From the NCBI RefSeq assembly GCF_001194135.2, contig NC_069001.1, positions 16,239,053 through 16,283,040 of the forward strand: a stretch of 43,988 nucleotides of DNA. The letters are read 5' to 3'. Numbering within the stretch: the first letter of the stretch is position 1; every line of letters starts with the position of its first letter. This DNA comes from Octopus bimaculoides (taxonomy: Eukaryota). The notes beneath the pieces were generated by a model. The model made no database searches. It worked only from the letters and a program-made list of their open reading frames with translations, and was not told the DNA's origin. A program made the position numbers and the translations under genes. This document shows, one piece after another, positions 1-12,016 of this stretch.

Positions 1-92
1 GAGAAGGAGGGAGGGAGAAGGGGAAGGAGGGAAGTAGCGGGAGAAGGAGGGAGGGAGAAGGAGAGAGGGAAAGGGAGGGAGGGAGAAGGAGG
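1..92. repeat. Purine-rich (GGA/GGGA) low-complexity tract
   Basis: Degenerate gaagggagggaggga units seen directly. Confidence 0.85.
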
Positions 93-129
93 AATGTGCA
101 TGTGTGTGCACATGCTTGGGGTGGGGGTC

Positions 130-330
130 ATTGACATCATTATCATCTAACTTCCATTATCCATACTGGCATGGCTTGGACAGTTTGACAGGACCTGAAG
201 AGCTAGAAGACTGTGCCAAGCTCCAATGTCTGCTTTAAAATGCTTCCGTGGCTGGATGCCCTTCCTAGCACCAACCCCCTTACACAGTGTATTAGGTGCT
301 TTTTATGTGGAACCAGCAGCAGTGAGGTCA
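130..330 (-). mobile_element. Degenerate copy of the (ATG)n-tailed, RTE-type SINE-like repeat (family C)
   Basis: Contains gctggatgcccttcct..ccaacc and a catcattatcat tail, matching in reverse the copies at 6044 and 39975. Confidence 0.6.
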
Positions 331-1212
331 CCGACTGAGACAAGGTCTCTCGATTGAGGTGAGAATAGTGCTGAGGGAGATGGCTTCATACAAGGTGAGG
401 AAGAGTATGAAACAAAAAAAAAAAGTGTACTCAATGCATAAATATATCAGCCTTTACTGAACTACATCGGTGGTGAAGAGGAGTCTTACATGCATGTACA
501 ACTATTAGCCTTCCATAAAGAAAGAAACCTTACTAGGCCTGTGCCTTAGCAAAGAACTTTCCAAGTGCAAACCTATGACAAGATATACAAAGGCTTTTCC
601 TCTGTTAAGATGGTAGGGTTTAATTTGAGTTAATATTTGGCTGCTATTTCTAACAGGTTGAGCAACTGCAATGAGGTGCCCTCATATTTATTTCTAGAAC
701 CAATTTCTCTTACATTTGAATTGATATCCTTCTCGCTGTTAATTACTCAACTATAAAATACAAATGGATTCTAATTGTTCTTTTCCACCCACCCTCCGCC
801 AGGAAAACTGAAGCAAGCAGAGTTATGTACCTTGTTCAGAGGCTCAATAGAATAATCATAGAGCAAGTGTATGAACATTTGTTTTTACATTTCCCATACT
901 TGCACAGAAAACACGCATTGATTAATTAAAGTTGCTTCTAATTCAAAATTTAATTTTTTTTTTTTACTTGTGCAATACTGTTGCACATCAGTAGATAAAT
1001 TTTGCACTATCTGCAATTCAAATTAGTTTCAAGGTGACTCAGGTATGCAGTGCCAATGAGCTGAAATAACAGCGAAATATCAATGTCCACCCTTCTTGTT
1101 CACCGACAGAATGATTCATTCCATCTGATTTCGAGATATTCAGTATTTTTAACACCCAACATCTTGAAAGGGACTTTTCCCTGAATGAAATTCCATAACC
1201 AAAACACATACA

Positions 1213-1442
1213 TTAACCCTTTTGTTACCAACCTGCTTGAGACAGCCCCTGGTTCTTGGACACAAACATCTTGTTTTAAAGAGATCTAAATTCAAATCCT
1301 ACATCAAAATTTCATGCTAATTTAAGTTCCAAGCAGCAGCTTCAAATTGACAAAATTATCTAACTAAACTCTTAATTATTTCAAAAATTAATTGAAGTAA
1401 AGGTTGCATATTTCAGCAGAAATAGAATAATGAAAGGGTTAC
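1213..1442. mobile_element. TTAA-flanked MITE (piggyBac-like termini), MITE family 1
   Basis: Starts ttaaCCCTTT and ends AAAGGGttac; body shared with copies near 2324, 7760, 30885 and 38862. Confidence 0.65.
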
Positions 1443-1989
1443 ATATGTGACATCGGTAATGTTTATATTATTAAAGCTGCTTCTAATTCAAAATTTAATA
1501 CATGGGTCAAATGAAGATATTACAGAAATATTGTTTGCCCTTTGCATTGGTATCCCTTACTTATTTGTCAAGAGGTTCCTTATTCCTTGCAACTTTGAAA
1601 GCACAGAGCAAGATGATTTGGTAGGAAATATGACAAGAACTACAACAACAACACTGCCCATACGTTACAGCTTTCACTGAAATGAGCAACATATAAGCAA
1701 AGACAAACACACATTTATACACAGACACTGGTTTAGGAATGAAATTTGCTTAGGGGTTGCAAACCCAGGTTCAAATTTTTTTTACAAAGTCTTGTTTTTT
1801 GGGGGTTTTTTTTATTTATGTTCTTTGTTCTTTGAGAAGAAACCTAACTTCAAACTACTTTTTACAGATCCCTTTTTACATACTGTTTTCTAAACCTAGG
1901 AAAAGTAAGTAGGGGGTGTAAATTTTGATTTTGCACCCCACAAAAATTTTAGGGGTACACTTGCCCCCCCCTCCCTGTTCTTGGGCCCA

Positions 1990-2140
1990 CGTATATAGTT
2001 TCCATCTAGCAAATCCACTCACAAGTTTTTGGTTGGATTGGGGCTATAATAGAAAACACTTAACCAAGGTGCTGTGCAGTGAGATTGAACTTGGAACCAT
2101 GTGGCGAGAAAACAAACTTCTTCACTACACAGCCGTACCT
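1990..2140 (-). mobile_element. SINE family A head fragment (tRNA-derived, CORE-like)
   Basis: Reverse match to ..cttgggcaagtgtcttctactatagc..gtgagtggatttggtaga.. of family A. Confidence 0.7.
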
Positions 2141-2323
2141 ACACCTACTAATATGATCTGAAATTATAATTAATTAGTTAACTAATTAATTCAGTGCCTT
2201 CACATAATAGTAAATCAGATTCTCTTGAAACAACTTGAAAATGTCAAAAAACTAACCATGTTTCATTCTTCAGGACAAAACATTCTGATTTGAAAATTTA
2301 GGTGTTTTCCCTCTCGTAAATGG

Positions 2324-2728
2324 CAGCCCTTTTGTTACCATATTTCTGTTGAAATACACTAACCTTGTTTAAGTTAATTTTGAAAATAATGATGAATTTA
2401 GTTAAATAACTGTCACTATTTTAAGCTTAGTGGTAATTCTTCAGGCTGTTTATGTTCTGAGTTCAAATTCTGCCAAGGTTCACTTAGCCGGTCATCCTTT
2501 CAGGACCAATAAAGTAAGTACCAGTCACATACTAAGGTCAATGTAATTGACTTACCCCTCTCCTAAAATTGCCAGCTTCAGCCAAAATTGGGAAGAATTA
2601 TTAAGCTGGTGTTTGGAACATAGATTAACATGAAATTTTAATGGGTGGTTTTAATTTAGATACTTTTAAAACAATTGTATCATAAAACCAGGGACAATCT
2701 TTTGCTGGTTAGCATGAAAAGGATTAAA
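2324..2728. mobile_element. MITE family 1 copy interrupted by a family B SINE (~2425-2600, + strand)
   Basis: MITE body stops at ttttaagct and resumes at tattaagctggtgtttgg; the insert contains ttctgagttcaaattctgcc..taagtaccag. Confidence 0.65.
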
Positions 2729-2924
2729 TCCTAAAGATTCTTCTATCATCATATGATTATGATATATCAAAAAGATTCTATGACGCAACTGAATCATAAG
2801 TTTCTGTTCTGGCCCTATGACAATACTAATGATGGATCCCAGAGTCTTTTATGATCATAAGCGTAGCAATTGGATCCAATCCCATGTTTAGCCATATAAA
2901 AATCACATTTCAATCATGTCTTTT

Positions 2925-3300
2925 ATCTTTTCCTTGTTTTAGTTATTAGACTGAGGCCATGCTGGGGCACCTGCCTTGAAGAATTTTTAGTCAAAAATAT
3001 TGACCCTAGTATTTATTCCATTGGTCTATTATGCCAAACTGCTAAGTTACAGGGATGGAAACACACCAGTAACATCTGTCAAGTGGTGGTGAGGAACAAA
3101 CACAGACACAAAGAAACACACACACACGCACACACATACAACAGGCTTCTTACAGTTCCCATCTACCAAATCCACTCACAAGGCTTTTGTCAGCCCAAGG
3201 TTATAGTAGAAGACACTTGCCCAAGGTGTCATGCAGTAGGATTGAACCCAAACATGTGGTTGAGAAGCAAGCTTCTTACCACACACCCACACCTGTGCCT
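2925..3300 (-). mobile_element. SINE family A, near full length
   Basis: Tail, central (CA)n and head all match the other family A copies. Confidence 0.8.
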
Positions 3301-3678
3301 AGGCTTTCCATGCACTGCCTATAAATACAGCCCAATTGAGTACCAAAATTTTTGAGAGACTCATTTTACCCATTGGCATTCATTCCGCATGTAGTTGTTT
3401 TCACAGCTACTTATTCAACCTGAAATGATCAACGAAGAAGACACACCACAGCACTGGGAATATGCATATGATGTGTGAAAGTTAGCTCAAATGTAGAATT
3501 TCTAACAAAGGCCTTTTGCATGTGTCTTATACATTGTTTGATCTGAATATTTCTTTTACTTCTATTGTATGAACATCTTCTCTAGTAATGTTAAGAATGA
3601 ATTATGTTCTAAAACATGAAGAAGCCTTCCTTCCAATTTATTACATAAGCCTATGATATGATGCAATGACTACCATAT

Positions 3679-4350
3679 TTAATCCTTTAACATTCAGATT
3701 GCAGAGGACATCTGCTTTAAGCACCCCATATAACCCCTTGTAACTCATTCATTTTTTGGAATTTTCAAAAGATTTTCACAAATTTATATTTTGCATGCAA
3801 GAATTCATGATTATGAAAAAAAAAAATTTTGTGTGTGATTTAAAGAGCTATTTAACTGCTATTTTTACCTCATCTCACAATCACTTGATACCCTCCTCGT
3901 TTCTTTGTCACTGACATATTAATGTTTTTTCCATATCTTTCTAACCATAAACACATTTAATGGTCTATTTCTATGATTTAAGCAAAAAATTCAGATTCTC
4001 TGTATTTGAAACTGTGATTAAAAAAAAAAAATTTAGAAAAAAAAAGAAAATTCTTTCGTTTTTCATACTCATATGAATTCCAAAAAAATATAAAAGTTTT
4101 GAGGGATTATCTGGGTTGATTAAAGCAGAATTCTGCCCAGATTTCTCTGTCAAATATAATGCTTATTTATTCACATTGACTTGCATTTGTCATGCACTAA
4201 ATTTGTAGCTTTGAGATTTCAATGATGTAATTGTTTACTTTTAGGATAATATTTTAGGGTGAGTGCAAGAGGCAGGATCTGGCCAACCTGAAAATAAAAC
4301 AGGTAGATTATTTTGGCCAGATCTGGCCAGTTTAAATGTTAAAGGGTTAA
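3679..4350. mobile_element. TTAA-flanked MITE family 2 with a nested long-TIR element (3701-4137)
   Basis: ttaaTCCTTT...AAAGGGttaa termini. The inner element is bounded by gcagag../..ttctgc with duplicated cagatt (3695-3700 and 4138-4143) and is homologous to 41084-41563. Confidence 0.7.
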
Positions 4351-4589
4351 GACCAGTTAGTAGTATGGCTCTAACTCAGCTCTAAGCAGTGCTTCTGATA
4401 TGATAAATGGAGTTCAAGGAACCAAGGGAGATGTCACTTTAAAGGGAAACTACCAGGTGATGATGATGATAGTGGTGGTTGTGGGAACTGTCTAGACTGA
4501 ACATCTGTAAATAGAGTTAACAGTGATTTATCATCTCTTTCAGCTGATCAAATATGGAATTATAAAATATGGTAGGTGTATGAGTGGTA

Positions 4590-4820
4590 GTAGAAGTAGA
4601 AGTGTCAGAGAAACAGAGGTGGATGAGGGGTTTAGGAGGAAGGGAAGAAGTATCAAAGGGATATAAAGAAGACTGAAGGAAAACGAAGAGGAAAAAAATA
4701 CAAAAAAAAAAAGAACAGAAGAAGATGAGGAAGAAAGAAAAATGGAAAAATAAGCAAAAGAACAGAAGTGTTGAGAGGAAAAACACACAAGGATGGATGA
4801 AAAAATGGGGAAAGAATATA
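4590..4820. repeat. Purine-rich low-complexity tract
   Basis: A/G-rich degenerate repeats; source of the artefactual Phe/Leu/Ser ORFs on the minus strand. Confidence 0.7.
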
Positions 4821-5139
4821 AATATGTATGTGTATTTTTGCGTGTGTGTCTGTGTGTAAATATATTATTTATTTGAATTAGTCAGCTGGAACCAAAACTG
4901 GCTGGAAAACCTGGGTTTCATCAAGCATTGCCATTTCATGCTTCAATCTTTAGCTTACATTTCATTTATAAATATGGTGTGTCTGTGTGTGTGTGTGTGT
5001 ACATGCATACACACACACATACACACACACATACACACTCATATAGATGTCTTAGAGTTAATTACAGAGATATCGTATTGCTTGGAACAGGTCATGACAA
5101 TCGTGTAAAGAATTACAGCCCAATTGATTATGAAGAGAA

Positions 5140-5312
5140 TTAGCCAAGATGAGATGTAGTTTGGTTTTGTACCAGGAAGAAGTAGTTTTCTTCTTATGCA
5201 AGGAAACTGCAGAAGTATTTAGTATTTGTTGACCTTGCAGAAAGCCTTCACTCCATGATCTGATGGTCAGTGAGGAAACTAGGAGTGCATGACTTACTTG
5301 TGAGAGCCATAC
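5140..5312 (+). mobile_element. Decayed RTE-clade LINE reverse transcriptase fragment
   Basis: Frameshifted translation ISQDEM*FGFVPGRS..FVDL-EKAF..I*WSVRKLGVHDLLVRAIQ, resembling the RTE RT motifs QFGF.PGRS and FVDLEKAFD. Confidence 0.75.
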
Positions 5313-5579
5313 AAATCGTGTTTCCTTTTATTTATAGTCTTCTAAGCTATAACAGGAGAATTTAAGAAACCACGCTAAAACTGACACTGGAGCAAAATAG
5401 GGTCCTCAAACCAACTGGATCTTGTTTAACCATCCAACCCATGGTTAAAAAGTTTTCTACAGTATATATAGCAATGGCCAACATATGTTTCAATTGCAGC
5501 AACTACACATTGTTCCACGTGCAGTTATGTATCCTAGTCGCTGCAATTTCACCAAAGTGAACTAATTCAAACAATCTTT

Positions 5580-5620
<41 letters not shown>

Positions 5621-5816
5621 GCAAAACTCACAAAACACACTAAAGGATCAGTGATTGTTTGATTAATGGACAGCGATGTCAACCCATCTTATTTAGAATT
5701 CTTTCCTCCACCTCTCATTGTTATTTTGTGTATTTATTGAACCCTACAAATGTAACACAGATAAAACTGTTTATTTATAGGTGATTGATACAGCAACTTA
5801 TTGAACAGATTCTTCC

Positions 5817-5830
5817 GTTACCATGGAGAC
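5817..5830 (+). promoter_or_regulatory. Candidate RFX X-box-like motif GTTACCATGGAGAC
   Basis: Close to the RFX consensus GTNRCC(N0-3)RGYAAC and lies in non-repetitive sequence; motif match only. Confidence 0.3.
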
Positions 5831-6043
5831 AACAGCTAAACACATCCAAACCTTAAATAAACTATGTTGTTATTTCAATACAATAATGTTAAGGGGAAGG
5901 ACATGTTAAATAACGTAATCCTAAATATTCTTTACTCTTAAGAGGTGGTGGCCAAGGCTGGAAGGTCACTGACCATCGCTCTACTCAGGATTAGACAAAT
6001 ACATTATTGAGGTACAGCTGGATGCTCTCCCTGTAGCTAACCC

Positions 6044-6383
6044 TTACCTGTTTCTTTTTAATGTGGCCAGTGGCACGTGTAAAGACATTCGAGCGAGATC
6101 GTTGCCAGTGCCACTGGACTGGCTCCTGTGCAGGTGGCACGTAAAACACACCATTTTGAGCGTGGCCGTTGCCAGTTCCGCCTGACAGGCTCTCGTGCCG
6201 GTGGCACGTAAAACACCCACTACACTCTTGAAGTGGTTGGCGTTAGGAAGGGCATCCAGCTGAAGAAACTCTGCCAAATCACATTGGAGCCTGGTGTCGC
6301 CTCCTGGTCCACCAGTCCTCAGTCAAATCGTCCAACCCATGCTAGTATGGAAAGTGAACGTTAAACGATGATGATGATGATGT
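6044..6383 (+). mobile_element. SINE-like family C copy with internal ~65-70 bp tandem units and (ATG)n tail
   Basis: Repeated ggtggcacgtaaaa units; 3' end ..ccaacccatgctagtatggaaagtgaacgttaaacg(atg)n; homologous to 39975-40465. Confidence 0.85.
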
Positions 6384-6390
6384 TGTTTTT

Positions 6391-6550
6391 TATCAAGCTC
6401 CATTTGATTTTGCTGAGGGAGAGTCAGAATTTGTTTCTGGATTTAATGTTGAGTATGGGGCAGTAGGGTTTGCATTACTGCTTATGGCTGAGTATGGTAA
6501 TATTTTATTTGTAAGGTTTTTGTGTGGAGTGTTATTTGGGGGTGGGGGTT
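6391..6550 (+). pseudogene. nad1: NUMT: nuclear copy of a mitochondrial NADH dehydrogenase subunit 1 fragment
   Basis: Frame from 6394 reads [51 protein letters not shown] (invertebrate mitochondrial code), containing the ND1 signature [19 protein letters not shown]. Confidence 0.93.
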
Positions 6551-6852
6551 TAAGATCTTTGAAGGCACAAAGCCAATGGATGATTTGTCAACAGGAGAAA
6601 TGACAACAATGTCCCCACTGGTAGTTAAGGCAATTTTTTTGGAGGTGAACAAAGAGAAACTAACATACAGACACAAAGGTATAGTCATTAACATCGATTC
6701 CAATACAGAACCATTTAATGATACAATAATATTATTTTACCAACCCCTAAGAGGAATGTATTCAATGCTAACATGGATAGAAATTTCTAATTCAGACTAT
6801 AAAGGAGGGTAAACAAATACCACAAGATACTGATTCTGAGCAATTTTTGTAA

Positions 6853-7016
6853 GAAGGTAGAGGTGTGGCTGTGTAGTAAAAAGTTTGTTTCCCAACCACA
6901 TGGTTCCAGGTTCAGTCCCACTGCATGGCACCTTGGGCAAGTGTCTTCCACTATAGCCTCGGGCTGACAACAGCATTGTGAGTGAGTTTGGTAGATGGAA
7001 ACTAAAAGAAGTCATG

Positions 7017-7076
<60 letters not shown>

Positions 7077-7205
7077 TGTGTGCGTGTGTGTGCGTGTGCG
7101 TGTGCGTGCGTGTGCGTGTGCGTGTGTGTGTGTGTGTGTATTCCTACTGCCACTTGAAAACTGGTGTTGGTTTGCTTACCTCCCCATAACACAAAATAAG
7201 TACCT
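6853..7205 (+). mobile_element. SINE family A copy with central (GA)n(GT)n microsatellite, 3' truncated
   Basis: Head gtggctgtgtagtaa..ggttccaggttcagtccc followed by the CORE-like segment. Confidence 0.85.
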
Positions 7206-8344
7206 GGCTACAGTCTAATGACTGATACAGGTAAAAAAGATAAAGAAAGACTGTGGGGACAGAAGATAAAGAAGGGGAGGGGGTAAAGAGTGCAAGAATG
7301 AGAGTGGGGAGAGTGAGAGATGGTTAGAAAAGAGAGGTAGGAGTGAACACAGTGAATAGCAAACAATGTAGAGATGGGAATCAACAGTAAGTACAAGTGG
7401 GTGGAGGTAGTGATACGAATGAGGTTAGGGAAGAGGGAGTGAAAATTGACAAGAGAGTGGAGCAGCAGAATAACAGAATAGATAGGTAAGGAATGAAGGG
7501 ATTAGAGATTGAGAGATGAAGGGTGGAACATTTAATTTTAGAATTAATGTTTTTACTTCCGTTCTTCCTTTTACTACTCACCTCCAGGGATGACTTTTAA
7601 AACCAGGACATCTATCACCACATTCCATGCATGGCTGATCTTCATCCACTTCATAAATAGCTATTCCCTGAAAAAAACAAAACAAAGCAAAATAAATATA
7701 AACAAAACAATTGGTACATCAATAAATGTAGTAGAAACTAGGTGTTATTATTAAACATTTTGTTACCATATTTTTATCACAATATGCTACCTTTGTTTCA
7801 ATTAATTTTGAAAAAAATGAAGGACTTAGTAAAAAGAAATTTGTCATTGCTGATGTTTGGAGCATAAATTAACATGAAATTTTAATGCAATGTTCTAATT
7901 TAGCGCATTTTAAAACAGGAGGTTTGTAGCACAGAACCAGGGGCAGTCTCAGAGGCATGGATCAAAAAAGGTTATGTTCCAAAAAAGCTTAATAACAAAG
8001 TTAATTATTTTAGTGAATCCATCCAAAATTCTTCGTTATTTTAACAATTAATTTCAACATAGAAATATAAGAAATTAAAAATATGTTTACAAAAAGGTTA
8101 AGCCAAAATAAATATTCACAAAGAACACTACAATAAAGCAGAGTCTATAGAGAGGTTGGTGAAAGAATAGAGGAAAGTTGAGGTAGAAAGAGAACTGTTT
8201 GGTGTTGCTGGGGACATGACAACCTCTTTGGTGCTGGGGACATGATAATTTATGCTCAGTATATCAGCATACTCTTGGAAATGTTTAGTACAGGAAAGGC
8301 AACCAATCATAGAAATGACACCAAAAATAAAACCTCCAAGCAAT

Positions 8345-8521
8345 AGGTACAAGCATGGCTATGTGTTAAAAAGCTCACTTTCCAATCGTAGTCTTGGGTT
8401 CAGTCCCATTCTGTGGAATCTTGGGCAAATGTCTTCTACTATAACCCTGGGCCAACCAAAATGACATGATAATTTATGCTCAGTGAATGGATTTGGATGA
8501 CAGAAACTAAAAGATATGTGT

Positions 8522-8567
<46 letters not shown>

Positions 8568-8582
8568 NNNNNNNNNNTGTGT

Positions 8583-8640
<58 letters not shown>

Positions 8641-8645
8641 ACATG
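8345..8645 (+). mobile_element. SINE family A head plus (GT)n tract containing a 10-N gap
   Basis: Matches the family A head; carries a 22-nt foreign insert (see findings). Confidence 0.7.
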
Positions 8646-9369
8646 CATGCATGTAAATGTGTGTGCTTGTGTGCCTTTCTCTAGATGTCACATGATGGTT
8701 GTAAATGAGCATCATTGTTATCATAAATGAACAACTTCAAGTTTTTCATACCCAGTCTTCTATGGAAAATATGTCTAGCTATGGGAAAATATTACTTTTT
8801 TTTACAAACAGTTAAGGGTTGGCAACAGGAAGGGCATCCAGCTGTAGAAAAATCTTCAACAGACTCCATTTGACCCATGTAAACATGGAAAAGTGGTTGT
8901 TAAATGATGATGATGATGGTGAAGCAATATTTCCTCTAAGTTTTATTGCTGTGGTGTGTGCACAAATTGTGGCAATTTTGCCTTTTTATTTTTATTTTTC
9001 TCTTTCTTTACAAAGTATATTCATATCCATGTGAGTAACCAACTGCAATTAACAAAAATATTCAATTTTATCTTGAAAAGCTTATGTACACACATTTGCC
9101 CCTTTAGGCACTGATTGTAAAATAAGTGTGCAGTCTTGGAGGAACGGTGCTTACAAGCAGGACCCATAAAGCAGAAAGAGGAGAATCTACCATATTAACA
9201 ACTCACTTCTGAATGCAATCAAGCAAGTTAAGACACACAAAGGAGACACCAGCTCAAAGCTGATACCTTGAGGGCATGTTTTGGCACCTTGCCATCACTG
9301 CATTTACTCTTTTTCCAGCACCACTCCAGCTTATGCCCACCCACTCATACAAAATGCAATGTATTCTGC

Positions 9370-9680
9370 TAAATGTGTAATGTCAGTATGCATGAAAAAC
9401 AGAATACAAATGTGTTGAGAGAAAAACTGGTAGTGTGCAGGGGAGAAGATTGCATTGGAATGGGTATGTGATGCATATGGATGAGGGCAGCTCTATGAAC
9501 AAGTGCCAACTGTTTACAGTGGATGGTGCATGTGGCAGAGGGAGACCCAGGAAAACATGGGACAAAGTGGTGAGGGTTGATCTGTAGATGTTCAGCCTCG
9601 AAGGAGAGATGATAAAGGATTGAATTGATATGCAGTACTTGTGAAGATATGCCCATCCCCTCTGCTAGCATGTGAAACTG
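9370..9680 (+). mobile_element. Decayed RTE-clade LINE ORF C-terminus
   Basis: From 9447 reads RLHWNGYVMHMDEGSSMNKCQLFTVDGACGRGRPRKTWDKVVRVDL*, the RTE RLRWxGHV..RGRPRKTW motif. Confidence 0.85.
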
Positions 9681-9799
9681 AACCCCTTGTTCAATGTCAC
9701 AGTCAAGTTTTCACCTGCGACTCCTTCACTCTGTCATTTACCTATCACTCATCATTCCATCACTTTTCTATCTACAGCATTATTCTGCTAATGTAATTG

Positions 9800-10180
9800 T
9801 CGTTGGCACTCGGTCAATTACGACATCGAGGGTTCCAGTTGATCCGATCAACGGAACAACCTGCTCGTGAAATTAACGTGCAAGTGGCTGAGCACTCCAC
9901 AGACACGTGTACCCTTAATGTAGTTCTCGGGGGTATTCAGCGTGACACAGTGTGACAAGGCTGACCCTTTGAATTACAGGCACAACAGAAACAGGAAGAA
10001 AGAGTGAAAGAAAGTTGTGGTGAAAGAGTACAGCAGGGTTCGCCACCATCCCCTGCTGGAGCCTCGTGGAGCTTTAGGTATTTTCGCTCAATAAACACTC
10101 ACAACGCCCGGTCTGGGAATCGAAACCGCGATCCTATGACCACGAGTATGCTGCCCTATCACTGGGCCATTGCGCCTCCA
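9800..10180 (-). mobile_element. tRNA-derived SINE family D, full length with 13-bp target-site duplication
   Basis: Minus-strand head ggaggcgcaatggcccagtg (A box) and ggtttcgattccc (B box); tgctaatgtaatt at 9787-9799 and 10181-10193. Confidence 0.92.
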
Positions 10181-10588
10181 TGCTAATGTAATTATACACG
10201 AGCAGAACTACACATATCATCACTCCCTTCCACATTAATCATTTAGCTTTCCTTTTCTCTTGAGCCACTTCCTTTTCACATCCATCCTCCTTCGTTCTTA
10301 ATATCATCCATCCCAACTCATATCTTCCATTGGCCACCCTCTCTGCTTCCTACACCACACCAGACTTGGCCCCTATTCCTCCCATCATGCTTTAATCGCT
10401 ATCGCTATCTCCTAATCTCACTCAGGATTCAGGGGTCTCATTAGTCTTGCAAGCTAGTGTTACCACACTAGCACAGGTACCAAAGAAGAAAAAAACCTTC
10501 AAGACAAATCTCAGAGAATGCAGATAACTGTAACTGAATACTACAGAGCTTTTAATTTTGTCAGTAATGGTTTTTCTACCAATATATT

Positions 10589-10808
10589 GGTTTCAAATTT
10601 TAGCACAAGGCCAGCAATTTCAGGGGAGGGGTTAAGTCAATTACACTGACCCCGAGTGCTTGACTGGTACTCATTTTATAAACCTTGAAAGAATGAAAGG
10701 CAAAGTTGACCTCAGCAGAATTTGAACTCTGAATGAAAAATAAAGATGGATGAAATGCCACTAAGCATTTTGATCGGTATGCTAACAATTTTGCCAACTC
10801 ACCACCTT
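10589..10808 (-). mobile_element. SINE family B copy
   Basis: Core tactggtacttattttat..gaaaggcaaagttgacctcagcagaatttgaactc shared with more than 12 copies in the window. Confidence 0.85.
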
Positions 10809-11189
10809 GTCTTCTGCCAAATATTGAGAGAAAAGTTTTGTCTCTAAACATGAGCTTAACTGTCTGGAAAAATTATAACTGTATTAACAATACTTCATGG
10901 TAGACATTTTGACACTAAGAAGCAAACCTGTTGAGTCTTTGATAATGGAACAATATTATAAATGTCGATAGATGTAATGCTAATGTGATGACACAAATTG
11001 TGAAGAGATTCCTGTGGGAAGTCTGATAAGATTGGCAATGAAAATAGAATACAAAAGAAAACAAAGTTTCCTGGGTATGGCTGATGATAAATGTAGCAAA
11101 ATCATATTTAAAAAAAAAAATTATTTTAAATCAACCATAAAAAGGGAAAATAAATAAATGGCAGGAGGAAGAGACCATTTTCCGAAAAA

Positions 11190-11981
11190 TGAAAATGGTA
11201 CTTATTTTATCAACCCTGCAAAGATGAAAGGCAAAGTTGACCCTGGTTGAACTCAGAATGTGAAGTTGAACGAAATGCCGCCAAGCATTGTGCCTGGCAT
11301 GCTAATGATTCTGCCAGCTCGCCACCTTAGAAAATAATAATAATAATCCTTTCTACTATAGGTACAAAGCCTGGAATTTGAGGCGAGGGGGATAGTCAAT
11401 TACACCAACTCTAGTACTTAACTGGTACTTAATTTATTGACCCTGAAATGATGAAAGTCAAAAAATGCAACCTCAACAGAATTTAGATTCAGAATGTTGC
11501 TGAGCATTTTTCCTGGTGCTTTTGCCACCTCACCAATAATAATAATAATAATGGTTTCAAATTTTACCACAAGGGCAGCAGTTTTGGGGGAGGGGATGAG
11601 TTAGTTACATCAACCCCAGTGTCCAACTGGTACTTATTTTATCGACACTGAAAGGACGAAAGGCAAAGACAATCTCAGCAGAATTTGAACTCAGAGCATA
11701 GCGACAGGCGAAATACCGCTAAGCAGTACTCTAACAATCCTGCCAGTTTTCCACCTTAATAATAATCCTTTCAACTAAAGGTACAAGGCCTGAAATTTGT
11801 GGGGAGGGGACTAGTTGATTACATTTACCCCAGTGCTTCACTGGTACTTGTTTCCTCAACCATAAAAGGATAAAAGGCGAAGTCAGCCTCAACAGAATTT
11901 GAACTCAGAACGTAGTGGCAGGCAAAATACCGCTAAGCATTTCGTCCAGCATGCTAACGATTCCACCAGCTCACCACCTTA

Positions 11982-12016
<35 letters not shown>

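Noticed and set aside
1447-1680. 77-aa ORF with hydrophobic N-terminus
   Set aside because: AT-rich, starts at the edge of a MITE, has no recognisable motif and no clear splice context.
4517-4788. Hydrophobic Phe/Leu/Ser-rich ORFs resembling membrane proteins
   Set aside because: Reverse complement of a purine-rich low-complexity tract.
10100-10180. tRNA-like sequence with A and B boxes (also about 14100-14168, 36485-36550 and 43470-43535)
   Set aside because: These are SINE heads or head-like relics; no complete cloverleaf or pol III terminator was seen, so they are not called as tRNA genes.
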